DNA of 58,695 nucleotides from an uncultured virus (IMG/VR IMGVR_UViG_3300042863_002246) (Duplodnaviria; Heunggongvirae; Uroviricota; Caudoviricetes), in IMG/VR virus record IMGVR_UViG_3300042863_002246; one strand, 5' to 3'. A program made the position numbers and the translations under genes. This document shows positions 19,604 through 28,683 of the stretch, one piece after another. Every line of letters begins with the position of its first letter. Positions within the stretch are counted from its first letter, which is position 1. The notes below the pieces were generated by a model. That model saw nothing but the letters and a program-made list of their open reading frames with translations. It did not search any database and was not told the origin of the DNA.

Positions 19604-20224
19604 TTATTTAATCTTATCCTGAGCTTTGTTCAACATTGCCTGCTTTATCATCTCGTTCAATTCTCGATTTGTTGTAACTTCACCTTCTGGACTTTTATTT
19701 TCCGATTCAATAGGTAGTGCTTCCTGTTCTATTTCGTTGTATCCTAAGTCTTTTCTGAGTGTCTTATAGAACTTTTCAAGTTCCGTCTTTTGGCCTGATA
19801 AAAATTTAGCATTTTCTCTAATTTGACCGACTGTCTGATTAACTACTTCATGCATTCTTGCAGAGTTATCACCATTATCTACCTGTCTCATCTGTGTAAG
19901 AAGGTTCTTTCTTGTCATCTTAGTCAGAAATATAGCTTCGGCGTAAACCATAGCATCTTCTTTCATCTTGCTTTTTATATAAGGGTGTTCTTTTAACTTA
20001 GGTACGTCACCTAGGTATAGATCCACAAGTGGTTCTAATACGTCCATTGCTTGTTGACTGGCTACAGTTAGATCTGAGTCATAGTCATATATTTCAATCT
20101 CACCTAAATCCGGTAAGTCTTCTGGTCTGGCTAGATGTTTAGAAAAATCAAAGTCTCCGTTTTCCGATTGTATTTCATCGAACTCGTATTTTATTCTGTT
20201 TTTTTCGTTTTCTTCTTTAGACAT
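19604..20224 (-). CDS. Probable terminase small subunit (T4 gp16-like)
   Basis: SARMHEVVNQTVGQI...TTNRELNEMIK matches the 'PRAYEV...STAELQKLL' pattern; divergent from the large terminase. Confidence 0.65.
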   Translation of the reverse strand: MSKEENEKNRIKYEFDEIQSENGDFDFSKHLARPEDLPDLGEIEIYDYDSDLTVASQQAMDVLEPLVDLYLGDVPKLKEHPYIKSKMKEDAMVYAEAIFLTKMTRKNLLTQMRQVDNGDNSARMHEVVNQTVGQIRENAKFLSGQKTELEKFYKTLRKDLGYNEIEQEALPIESENKSPEGEVTTNRELNEMIKQAMLNKAQDKIK

Positions 20225-20226
20225 GT

Positions 20227-20409
20227 TTAAACATAATTATTTTTGGTAAGTTTGGCGTCTTCTCTTTCCAAGAAGCCTTTTAATATCTTGTCTATTAGTT
20301 TAGACTTGTTTATAGAGTTCTCTTCGCAATACTGCTCGAACTCTTTATAGGTCTCTATATCAATAGAGAAACCTACTTTTAGCTTGTTGACACCTGATTT
20401 CCTTCCCAT
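20227..20409 (-). CDS. Ribbon-helix-helix (CopG/Arc-like) DNA-binding protein
   Basis: KVGFSIDIETYKEFEQYCEENSINKSKLIDKILKGFL has the beta-alpha-alpha RHH pattern. Confidence 0.75.
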   Translation of the reverse strand: MGRKSGVNKLKVGFSIDIETYKEFEQYCEENSINKSKLIDKILKGFLEREDAKLTKNNYV

Positions 20410-20488
20410 ATAGTATATATAAATAGAAAAAAATGTATTTTTTCCACTTTTACCCTTTTATATATACAAAAAACAAAAAATACTATAT

Positions 20489-22642
20489 ATGGCTGTAAAA
20501 GCAAACGAAACCGAAAGGCAGATGATTTTTACCACCAAATTTGTCGATGAGGCAACTGATAAGATAAACGACGGTATAGTCGTCAAAAGATATCAGAATC
20601 CTTGGATGAAGAGCGAAGTCGGTATCAGAAGAGCAGGCGTCTCTTTTAGAATGACTCCCGAAGAACAACAAGAATACGTAAGATGTGCATTAGATATACA
20701 TTACTTTACTGAGAAGTATTGTAAGACAAAAAGAGAAGATGGTTCTGTTGGTTCGATAACTCTTAGAGATTACCAAAAAGAAATCTTAGACAACTTTGTC
20801 AACAACAGATTCAATATACTTATGGCATCGAGACAGGTTGGTAAAACCGTGTCTTCTGCTATTTTCATACTACATACGATATTATTCAGTAATGATAAGA
20901 ACTGTATGATTGTTGCCAACAAAGGTGATACTGCAATTGAGATTGTGGATAAAGTAAAATCGATATACACACTTCTTCCATTCTTCTTAAAACCAGGTGT
21001 AAAGACTTGGAATCAAAAATCTCTTACATTTGAGAATGGTTGTAGAATAAAAACATCTGCAAGATCTAAGACTCCTGCGATTGGTTTTACCATTGACGTT
21101 CTTTACTTAGATGAGTTTGCACATATTCCATCGAATATCATCGAACCATACTATACCGCTGCGTTTCCGACCGTTTCTGCGGTACAAAACTCAAAGATTA
21201 TCATTACATCAACACCAAATGGTATGAACTTATTTCATAGGTTATTAACAGATGCTGAAAGACCTGATGGTGATCCAATGAAGAATAACTACAAACCTAT
21301 GAGGGTTTACTGGTATCAGGTTCCTGGTAGGTTTGTGACTTATATAAGATTGAATCCACACAAACTTTATGAATATGGTGTTACAAAAGACGACATATTT
21401 AAATTAGTACAAGATACGTTTGGTGAAGTCACAAAGACAAAGATTGAGTTTAACTTAGACCAGCAGAAAGATGTTATTCATGTATTTAACAATGAAAAGT
21501 GTACAGATGAAGAAGTTAAATCACTTCATTTTATAGACAAAAATGGATTTGAGACTTCTATATTAGCCATTGCAGAGATGACAACGTGGAAAGACGAAGC
21601 TGTGAAGGATATTGGTGGAGAAGATGCGTTCAATCAAGAGTATGGACTTAGATTTATTAACTCAAGTAAGTCTCTTTTGAATGAGGCCATAATAGATGAA
21701 CTTTTAAAATCTAAAAAGAACTATATCTATGAAGAAATATTTGAGTTTAAGAACAAACTGAGGTTTATGTATGAAGACTTAAAATGGATTGATGATGATG
21801 AAGTACATATGCCATTAAAAAGAAAAGAATATAAATATGTTCTTTCTGTCGATATATCCGAAGGTTTAGGACAAGATTACTCTATCATAAACATATTTAA
21901 AGTTTCTGAAAAACCTGTAGATTTAATAGAAACACAAAAACACAAATACAAGGCCATTACTGATTTCTTCAGACTTGAACAGGTTGGATTATACAGAAAC
22001 AACTTTGTTTCTGTCAAACAATTAGCAGAACTTCTTTATCTTCTTGTTTTTGAATATTTGAATCCTGATAATGTAAGAGTAGTTCTTGAGTTAAACAACT
22101 ATGGAAACACACTATTGGCGGAGATGCCGCACGTTTTTGATGGTAACAACAACTATGGTTCATCGGTGTTTGTTAGGTATAAACATAGAATAGATTCGAC
22201 TGAAGAAAAACTTGGACTAAAAGTTGGTGAGAATAAAAACATGATGGTTAAAGACTATCAAGAACTTATGTATAGTAGAGGATTTCATATTACAAATGAG
22301 GATAATATTAGAGAAATAACAACTTTTGTTAAGCATGTCACTACCGCAGGTAACGTAAGATATGCAGCAGACGTAGGACATGATGATACGGTTATGACCG
22401 TGGTCAATGCCACTTCTATTTTTGCCAAATCAGAATTCAAAGAGATGGTCGAAGAGTGGGGTAATAAATATAGTCCTAAAGAGTTTATGGCTTATGTCAA
22501 CGACTGTATGAAAAACATGGATTATGTACAAGGAATTGACTATAGTCAGGTTCTTAGTGTTAGAAGACAGGTTATGTCACGAAATAAAGTGTCTAATGTA
22601 GGATCTAATCCGAATGGAATAAACTGGTTCAATAGACCTTAA
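20489..22642 (+). CDS. terL: Terminase large subunit (T4 gp17-like)
   Basis: LRDYQ, ASRQVGKT (Walker A), LYLDEFAH (Walker B), ITSTPNG, FNQEY, VDISEGLGQDYS, HDDTVM. Confidence 0.97.
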   Translation: MAVKANETERQMIFTTKFVDEATDKINDGIVVKRYQNPWMKSEVGIRRAGVSFRMTPEEQQEYVRCALDIHYFTEKYCKTKREDGSVGSITLRDYQKEILDNFVNNRFNILMASRQVGKTVSSAIFILHTILFSNDKNCMIVANKGDTAIEIVDKVKSIYTLLPFFLKPGVKTWNQKSLTFENGCRIKTSARSKTPAIGFTIDVLYLDEFAHIPSNIIEPYYTAAFPTVSAVQNSKIIITSTPNGMNLFHRLLTDAERPDGDPMKNNYKPMRVYWYQVPGRFVTYIRLNPHKLYEYGVTKDDIFKLVQDTFGEVTKTKIEFNLDQQKDVIHVFNNEKCTDEEVKSLHFIDKNGFETSILAIAEMTTWKDEAVKDIGGEDAFNQEYGLRFINSSKSLLNEAIIDELLKSKKNYIYEEIFEFKNKLRFMYEDLKWIDDDEVHMPLKRKEYKYVLSVDISEGLGQDYSIINIFKVSEKPVDLIETQKHKYKAITDFFRLEQVGLYRNNFVSVKQLAELLYLLVFEYLNPDNVRVVLELNNYGNTLLAEMPHVFDGNNNYGSSVFVRYKHRIDSTEEKLGLKVGENKNMMVKDYQELMYSRGFHITNEDNIREITTFVKHVTTAGNVRYAADVGHDDTVMTVVNATSIFAKSEFKEMVEEWGNKYSPKEFMAYVNDCMKNMDYVQGIDYSQVLSVRRQVMSRNKVSNVGSNPNGINWFNRP

Positions 22643-22654
22643 TGATTGAAAATA

Positions 22655-22684
22655 AAAAATCCACTCATTGAGTGGATTTTTTTT
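22655..22684. terminator. Bidirectional terminator
   Basis: AAAAATCCACTC-ATT-GAGTGGATTTTT. Confidence 0.8.
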
Positions 22685-22685
22685 A

Positions 22686-22964
22686 TTAGTTAGCTTCCAT
22701 TGTTACTGAAAGTCCTGCAGTTTTTAGTTTTTCTTTCATTGTAGAGATTGTATCGTAGTCTCCATATTTCACATCACATTTACCTCTAAAGTGAACTATA
22801 TGTGCACACTGATTTGCTTGTTCCTGCTCATGTTTACATATTTTCATAAGACACGTTATTACCCAATCAAACGAGTTGTAGTCATCATTGTGAAGGTCTA
22901 ATCGATAAGGCTTTGACAGAATTTCTTCAACTTTCGATTCTACTTGTTCTTTAATTTTACCCAT
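22686..22964 (-). CDS. clpS: ATP-dependent Clp protease adaptor ClpS
   Basis: LHNDDYNSFDWVITCL...EQANQCAHIVHFRGKCDVKYG is a ClpS signature of the Bacteroidota-like type. Confidence 0.9.
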   Translation of the reverse strand: MGKIKEQVESKVEEILSKPYRLDLHNDDYNSFDWVITCLMKICKHEQEQANQCAHIVHFRGKCDVKYGDYDTISTMKEKLKTAGLSVTMEAN

Positions 22965-22993
22965 AGTGTATTATCTTATTTTTTGATTATATA

Positions 22994-23527
22994 TTATATA
23001 CTAGATCCTTGAATAGTTGTTTCTGTTTTGTTAACAACGTCTACTATTGTACTTTTGATATCTTGCTCTTTTGCCCATTCTACGAATTTAGGCAAGTGTG
23101 CTTCTCTATCGTCGTAGAACTTCAATTCTTTCACTCCTAATTTTTTGATTGTTCTTTCTAATAAGTTGCATTTGAAAATAAATGTGTCACTTCCCCAGTT
23201 TAAGTGAACTTCATCAAATTCTATGTTGTTGTCTCTTAGAATCTTTTCAACGCCTTCTCTCATACCGGGAACTTTGTCTAATCTACCAGTTGCTAAAATT
23301 ACATAAGCGTCTGGGTCAGCTATTGCTTCCAGATATTTTTGGTAAGTCCATTCGTTTCTTGGAATGTTGAATATCTCATCATCGATAGATTCTGGTTTAC
23401 CCCACCAACCTCTATGTGGCCAATCTGTTCCTGTTTTTTCTTTCCAAACTACTTTTCCATCTTCTGGAAGTGGAGTGTGAAATAATGTGTCGTCAAAATC
23501 AAAACAGATAAGTCTTTTATACTGCAT
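22994..23527 (-). CDS. HAD-superfamily phosphatase (HAD_SAK_1 / RNA-repair-like)
   Basis: FDFDDTLFHTP, WW..PES, LATGR and FYDDR motifs; TATATTTG promoter upstream on the minus strand (23551-23558). Confidence 0.8.
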   Translation of the reverse strand: MQYKRLICFDFDDTLFHTPLPEDGKVVWKEKTGTDWPHRGWWGKPESIDDEIFNIPRNEWTYQKYLEAIADPDAYVILATGRLDKVPGMREGVEKILRDNNIEFDEVHLNWGSDTFIFKCNLLERTIKKLGVKELKFYDDREAHLPKFVEWAKEQDIKSTIVDVVNKTETTIQGSSI

Positions 23528-23600
23528 AATGGTTCGTTTTATTTTATGTACAAATATATATATAATATTTTGATATATAAATTAAAATAGAAGAAAAATT

Positions 23601-24011
23601 ATGAAAATAGATTTAAAAAAGACACTTTTGTATTTTATCGGTGCTTGTTTATTAGTTTCTGTGTTTCTAAACTTCAAAGGTTGTAACAGAGAATCTTTTG
23701 ATAAATTGGAGGAAAAAAACAGATTGTTAGAGAAGACAAGAGATTCTCTTAAATATACAAACCAAAATCTTAAAAAAGAATTTGATAATATTCAAGTGAT
23801 TATTGATAAAAGAGATGCACGTATAGCAGATCTACAGATACAGATAGAAGTATCTAAGCAAAATGTTATGGATTATAAGAATCGCGCGGATAAAGCAAAC
23901 AAAGATTTGATAGAAACGAATAAAAAACTTGAAAATCTTAGAAAGAACCCAATCAAAAGAGACGATGATGACCTTATCAACTCTTTCAAAAACAAACTTA
24001 AAACCCCATGA
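23601..24011 (+). CDS. N-terminal TM + coiled-coil protein (i-spanin-like)
   Basis: Hydrophobic residues ~8-25 followed by a long coiled coil; ATGA overlap with the next gene. Confidence 0.55.
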   Translation: MKIDLKKTLLYFIGACLLVSVFLNFKGCNRESFDKLEEKNRLLEKTRDSLKYTNQNLKKEFDNIQVIIDKRDARIADLQIQIEVSKQNVMDYKNRADKANKDLIETNKKLENLRKNPIKRDDDDLINSFKNKLKTP

Positions 24012-24493
24012 AAATAATATTGAGTATAATGCTTGTTCTTATTTCTTTCCTATCGTATTCTCAGGAATATCCTAAGATTGAACTAAATCAAAAAGGTGAG
24101 AAAGTTGTCATCTTCACTTTAAGTCAGGCACAAAAAATAGACAACGATTTAGAAATACTAAATATTTTAGAAAAGTCTAAAATACAATGTGATAGTTTAA
24201 ATGTTTCCTATATTAAGATAGTTGATGCACAGAACCATCAGATAGTATTACTTGAAAAAAACGTTTCTGAACTAAATTTACAAGTAAATGATAAAGACTC
24301 TCAAATAAACAACCTATCTACTCAGGTAAAAAATCTTGAAGAAAGTAATAAGATATGTGATGAGCAGAAATGTATAAAAGATAAGCAGATGGATGGTCTC
24401 AAAGATGATTTGAAAAAAGAGAAGATTAAAAAGTGGTTATTTGGAGGTGTAGGTCTCGCGGTCGGAATATTGGCAATCTTAATAGCACATTAA
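24008..24493 (+). CDS. Signal peptide + coiled coil + C-terminal hydrophobic anchor (putative spanin partner)
   Basis: MKIILSIMLVLISFLSYS|Q signal peptide; C-terminal WLFGGVGLAVGILAILIA. Confidence 0.55.
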   Translation: MKIILSIMLVLISFLSYSQEYPKIELNQKGEKVVIFTLSQAQKIDNDLEILNILEKSKIQCDSLNVSYIKIVDAQNHQIVLLEKNVSELNLQVNDKDSQINNLSTQVKNLEESNKICDEQKCIKDKQMDGLKDDLKKEKIKKWLFGGVGLAVGILAILIAH

Positions 24494-24553
24494 AAGTGTA
24501 AAAAATGATATTTTTTACTTAATATATAACTATATAAAAAATTAAACCAAAAC

Positions 24554-25252
24554 ATGAAACATATCAGACAATTTGAAAGTTTTAGAGTTCAGAAAAACAG
24601 ACAAGAAATAATCAGCGAAGCTGTTCTTCAAGTGAACGATATCTATAAGGTTAAAACTATGATCGATATTCCACAATCTTTAATCAATTCTTATGTTAAG
24701 AAAGTTAAAGATACTACAGGAAAAAATCTTCGTCAGTTTTTCGGTGATGTTGACATCGCGGAAGAGATTGTAAAATACATAACTCTTAACAATACAGACG
24801 TTGAGAAGATTCCTGGAAACGCTTTAATGGGCGGTGCACAAGGACAAGTTCAAGGACAGGGTCAAGGACAGGTTCAAGTTCAAACTGAAGGTGAGGCACA
24901 AACTCAAGGACAGGAACAAGCTCAACCACAAGCTCAACCACAGGGTCAAGGTCAAGAACAAGCTCAACCACAAGGACAGGGTCAAGAACAAGCTCAACCA
25001 CAAGCACAATCACAAGAAGGTGATTTTGAAGAGCCACAAGCTCAACCACAAGGACAAGGACAGGAACAAGCTCAACCACAGGCACAAGGACAAGCTCAAA
25101 CTGGTCAAGGACAAGCTCAAGGACAGGGTCAAGGACAAGCTCAAGGACAGGGTCAAGGACAAGGACAGGGACAACCACAAGGACAGGGTCAAGCTCAAGG
25201 ACAAGGACAGGGTCAAGAAGAAGATGAAGATGAAGAAGAACTTCCAGCTTAA
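24554..25252 (+). CDS. Probable internal head protein with a long Q/G-rich disordered tail
   Basis: MKHIRQFESF N-terminus; about 125 aa of QG/QA/QP repeats; late motif at 24520. Confidence 0.7.
   Translation: MKHIRQFESFRVQKNRQEIISEAVLQVNDIYKVKTMIDIPQSLINSYVKKVKDTTGKNLRQFFGDVDIAEEIVKYITLNNTDVEKIPGNALMGGAQGQVQGQGQGQVQVQTEGEAQTQGQEQAQPQAQPQGQGQEQAQPQGQGQEQAQPQAQSQEGDFEEPQAQPQGQGQEQAQPQAQGQAQTGQGQAQGQGQGQAQGQGQGQGQGQPQGQGQAQGQGQGQEEDEDEEELPA
24836..25215 (+). repeat. Imperfect tandem repeats encoding GQGQ/EQAQPQ
   Basis: Repeated CAAGGACAGGGT and CAAGCTCAACCA units. Confidence 0.9.
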
Positions 25253-25277
25253 TCAAAAATACTAGTATCTAGAAATT

Positions 25278-25307
25278 AAAAACCTATCAGAAATGATGGG
25301 TTTTTTT
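25278..25307 (+). terminator. Intrinsic terminator
   Basis: AAAAACCTATCA-GAAA-TGATGGGTTTTT. Confidence 0.7.
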
Positions 25308-25323
25308 ATTTAATATATAAAAT

Positions 25324-25971
25324 ATGAAAAAAATCATTACATGGGAAGAGTTTAATGAATCTTATAATAAACCAAGAGTAGGTGGTAAAAAGAGATGGTC
25401 TGTTAAATATAAAAAAACAATAGACTGTAATAATCCTAAAGGTTTTTCACAAAAACAATATTGTAAGAGAAAAAGAAAAGGTGGTAATTATAAGTCTGTT
25501 AAAGAAAACTTTGGTCTATCTGACCAAGAAATAGAAAATAAGATAATGGAAGTATGGAAAGTAGATCCATATGAGTTTAAAGACTACATTACTTCATCTA
25601 TGGATCATGGTGACTTATATGGAAGTTGTAATTTGACTTTTGTTCTTTGGTATCCTTATCCAGATTCTAATGTCGAACCATGTGCCATATTTATGTTAGA
25701 AGATAACGAATGGAAGAAAGGACCTTGGTATGACAATATGGATGCTATATTGAAAAGTGAAAGATATGAAGTTGGTATAGAAGCTTGGGTTCCGGATGTT
25801 GGTGGTAATCATGAAAAGATAGAGAAGTTTTACAACTACGCAAACAGAGTTCTACAGGAAGCGGATATACCATACATTGCATCTTATCCAGATGTTCGAC
25901 ACGAAGGAAAGATACTTTTAGAGTATGGCTATACCTGGGGTTATAAAACAAAATTCATTGGCGACGAATAA
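25324..25971 (+). CDS. Phage protein with a basic 'WSxKYKxxIDCxNPKGFSQ' module and a capsid-targeting-like N-terminus
   Basis: Motif is common in T4-like/jumbo phage proteins; begins MKKIITWEEFNE. Confidence 0.65.
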   Translation: MKKIITWEEFNESYNKPRVGGKKRWSVKYKKTIDCNNPKGFSQKQYCKRKRKGGNYKSVKENFGLSDQEIENKIMEVWKVDPYEFKDYITSSMDHGDLYGSCNLTFVLWYPYPDSNVEPCAIFMLEDNEWKKGPWYDNMDAILKSERYEVGIEAWVPDVGGNHEKIEKFYNYANRVLQEADIPYIASYPDVRHEGKILLEYGYTWGYKTKFIGDE

Positions 25972-25999
25972 ATCTAAATGAGAAAATAATATATAGTAA

Positions 26000-26650
26000 A
26001 TGAGATACCTAAAAACGTTCGAAAGCCACAGCAGTAAAGACATTCTTATTGTTGTTGATGTTCAAAAATCATTCAAAAAATTCTTCAATGAGATTTATCT
26101 TCATGAGTTGAAAAAGTATTGTAATGAGTTCAGTAAGGTATATCAAATCTGGGACAACCACGTAGATGGAAAGAACGTCGATAAAGACTATCTATATGAT
26201 GAAGATCCTGAAATACCTGTTCATAAAGATCTTTATCACTTTCCTAACCAAACTGACTTGATTGAGAAAAGATACAACTATGACGTTGATGCAGACTTCT
26301 ATAAAAAAGTTCTTACACCGGAAACCTATGAAGAAGTTAAGACTAAAGAAGATGCAAACGAATTGAAAAAGGGAGATTTCTTTCCTACAGAAGAAGGAAC
26401 TCTTATTATATATGTCGGAAATAACCACAAATGGTATCATATGCCAAAGAAACTTCACGAACTTTTTACAGAAGTTGCAGAGGCACAAAATATGAATGAA
26501 GGATTGAGTGAGGTTAAAGATGTGATTCTTGTAGGTGGTGCAGATGGAGAATGTCTTACAGATGTTGAAACTGCAGCAGAGGCAATGGGTGTAAAACTGA
26601 GACTTAATCACAAATATATCTATAGTGCTAGCCACTGTCCAATAAAATAA
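26000..26650 (+). CDS. Cysteine hydrolase (isochorismatase/nicotinamidase-like) with a capsid-targeting-like N-terminus
   Basis: ILIVVDVQ (catalytic Asp), IEK, LVGGADGECL (nucleophile Cys). Confidence 0.7.
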   Translation: MRYLKTFESHSSKDILIVVDVQKSFKKFFNEIYLHELKKYCNEFSKVYQIWDNHVDGKNVDKDYLYDEDPEIPVHKDLYHFPNQTDLIEKRYNYDVDADFYKKVLTPETYEEVKTKEDANELKKGDFFPTEEGTLIIYVGNNHKWYHMPKKLHELFTEVAEAQNMNEGLSEVKDVILVGGADGECLTDVETAAEAMGVKLRLNHKYIYSASHCPIK

Positions 26651-26659
26651 GATTTATAT

Positions 26660-27040
26660 ATGAGACTTATATTAGAGTTTGATAAATATAGTGTTATTGA
26701 AGATGTTGTTGCTGAGATGTCTAAGATATTTCCTCATGTGAAAATGAAAGGAAGTGTTCTATATGCTTCTTCTATTTTAGACAAAGGTGGAAATCCTCTT
26801 GTGAGAATAGACTCAAAACAACCATTGATGGCACTTTTGATTCAATTTATTGGTGATCATATTGTTATAAAATCATTTGTAAACTCTGTAAGAGAACCTA
26901 ACTTCTCAAAAAGATTTATGGATGGTCTTTCAAATGTTTTAGAACCAAAATATACCATAGTAGTTGATCAAGATGTGAGTCAAGGATATTGGGACCATAT
27001 AATCGAAAAGTATCCTCAATTTAATTGGATTAAAAAATAG
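26660..27040 (+). CDS. Hypothetical protein
   Basis: ORF in an operon-like run; N-terminus MRLILEFDKY. Confidence 0.6.
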   Translation: MRLILEFDKYSVIEDVVAEMSKIFPHVKMKGSVLYASSILDKGGNPLVRIDSKQPLMALLIQFIGDHIVIKSFVNSVREPNFSKRFMDGLSNVLEPKYTIVVDQDVSQGYWDHIIEKYPQFNWIKK

Positions 27041-27049
27041 TTTCATTTC

Positions 27050-27256
27050 ATGCCAGCAAAGTCAAAACAACAATTCAAATATGTTTACGCAATGCGTAAT
27101 AAATATGGTTCTAAGAAAAAGGCTCCTAAAAACATGAAGTGGGTATTCAACAAAGAATGGACTGATGTGAGTTTTAAAGATTTACCCAAGAAAATAAAGG
27201 AAAAGTGTATATATGATTATGTAAACTTTTTGAATGAAGTGTATTTCAAATACTAA
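27050..27256 (+). CDS. Small basic phage protein (MPAKSKxQ type)
   Basis: MPAKSKQQFKYVYA...DLPKKIKE. Confidence 0.6.
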   Translation: MPAKSKQQFKYVYAMRNKYGSKKKAPKNMKWVFNKEWTDVSFKDLPKKIKEKCIYDYVNFLNEVYFKY

Positions 27257-27630
27257 CCAACCACCAAATATACATCTAAGTCTCTTATCTGGAAAAATAC
27301 TTCCATGTATTCTTGATATCTTTCTGGATCTTCAAAAAATGATACAGTTAATGTATATTCTATTCCGTTTATTTCTGGAATATAGCTACCAATCTGTTGT
27401 TTAAGATCACTTTCTATACTATCCGAAGAAAGTCTCGTCTGGTGAAGATAGAAAGGAAGGTCTCCTCCGAATTCAGTATCAAAAAAAACCTCACCTTTGT
27501 TCGTAAATAGAATCATCTCCCATTTTTGAACGATTACTCTTATTACATCGTCTTCTATGAGATCTAATGCTCTGAATCTTGGATGTCCAGGATATCCTAA
27601 ATAAAAGTCTGTGAAATTAAAGTTCGCCAT
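27253..27630 (-). CDS. Baseplate wedge protein (T4 gp25-like)
   Basis: MILFTNKGEVFFDTEFGGDLPFYL...QIGSYIPEI. Confidence 0.85.
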   Translation of the reverse strand: MANFNFTDFYLGYPGHPRFRALDLIEDDVIRVIVQKWEMILFTNKGEVFFDTEFGGDLPFYLHQTRLSSDSIESDLKQQIGSYIPEINGIEYTLTVSFFEDPERYQEYMEVFFQIRDLDVYLVVG

Positions 27631-27658
27631 GAGTTATATATTAACTTTGGCATATCCT

Positions 27659-28618
27659 TTATTTTAAAATATCTCTAAACTTCCCTATTATCGTCATACC
27701 TAATACAATCGGATCTGTGTTTGTTTCCAGCTTACTTGTATAGTCTGCTATGACATAGTTACATTCAAACAGTTTATCGATATTTTTACCATTTTCAATA
27801 GACCAGTCTATGAATGGCTTACCTAATAACTTAATCATTGAATCAATCTTCTCTGCACCAAAGTTTGACATAAGAAAATGATAAACACTTTCATAGTTTC
27901 CACTTTCATAGATAAAGTTGTACAAATCTTTTTTTACTTTATTGGATACGTTACTTACTCCATTGTTTATATCTCCTGTCTCTAAAAAATCCTGTACTTC
28001 TACAAGAATACCTCTAAAGTCTGGGAACTTTTTGTTTATTATAGAAACTAAATTTTCTTTAGATATTTCTCGTTCTTCTTTTGGTAAAATAGTGTCTTGT
28101 ATTCTTTTGTACAACTCCATTTTTAGATGTTTTTCTTCTTCCACATCTATACAATCAAAGTTTACAGTCTTTATTCTAGACTTTAATCCGTCTGAAATTT
28201 TGTTGATGTGATTCGTCGTGATTATAAATCTTACACTATTGTTATATTTTTCTATGAATGCTTTGAATGCGTCTTGGAATTGTGCAGAAACTCTTTCAAA
28301 CTCATCTAAAAAAACATATTTTATATCGGAACTTGACTCAAACATTGGAGTGAACTTACAGAAATTCTGTATTTCTTCTCTAAGAACATCTATAGAAGTA
28401 TCTAAAGAACAGTTAAGTTCTAAGTATGGTGTTTCTTTTGTATATTTTCCAACAAGTATTCTTGCCAAACTGGTTTTCCCAGTTCCATAGTGACCATAGA
28501 AAATATAATGTTGGTTGATACCGTTTTCGAATTGTTTCTTTATTCGTGGAAGAAGTATGATGTCTTCTAGACGTTTTGGTCTCCATTTCTCCCAAAGCAA
28601 TAAGTTTTTAACTGACAT
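27659..28618 (-). CDS. Sliding-clamp loader ATPase (T4 gp44 / RFC small subunit-like)
   Basis: WEKWRP, GHYGTGKT, LDEFE, LKSR, FPDFR. Confidence 0.93.
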   Translation of the reverse strand: MSVKNLLLWEKWRPKRLEDIILLPRIKKQFENGINQHYIFYGHYGTGKTSLARILVGKYTKETPYLELNCSLDTSIDVLREEIQNFCKFTPMFESSSDIKYVFLDEFERVSAQFQDAFKAFIEKYNNSVRFIITTNHINKISDGLKSRIKTVNFDCIDVEEEKHLKMELYKRIQDTILPKEEREISKENLVSIINKKFPDFRGILVEVQDFLETGDINNGVSNVSNKVKKDLYNFIYESGNYESVYHFLMSNFGAEKIDSMIKLLGKPFIDWSIENGKNIDKLFECNYVIADYTSKLETNTDPIVLGMTIIGKFRDILK

Positions 28619-28683
28619 ATTAAAGTTTTTTTACACATGATATATTGTCGGGTAGAAAGAAAGTTTATTTAATATATATTGAT

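Noticed and set aside
20489..22642. Intein or intron in the terminase (extra segment in the middle)
   Set aside because: No intein splice motifs (C/S start, HN end) or LAGLIDADG motifs, and the frame is continuous
24786..25265. ORFs rich in LDPVLE, LSLSL or KDKLK (also 16093-16314 and 37777-38311)
   Set aside because: Shadows of low-complexity QG and AEGG coding tracts
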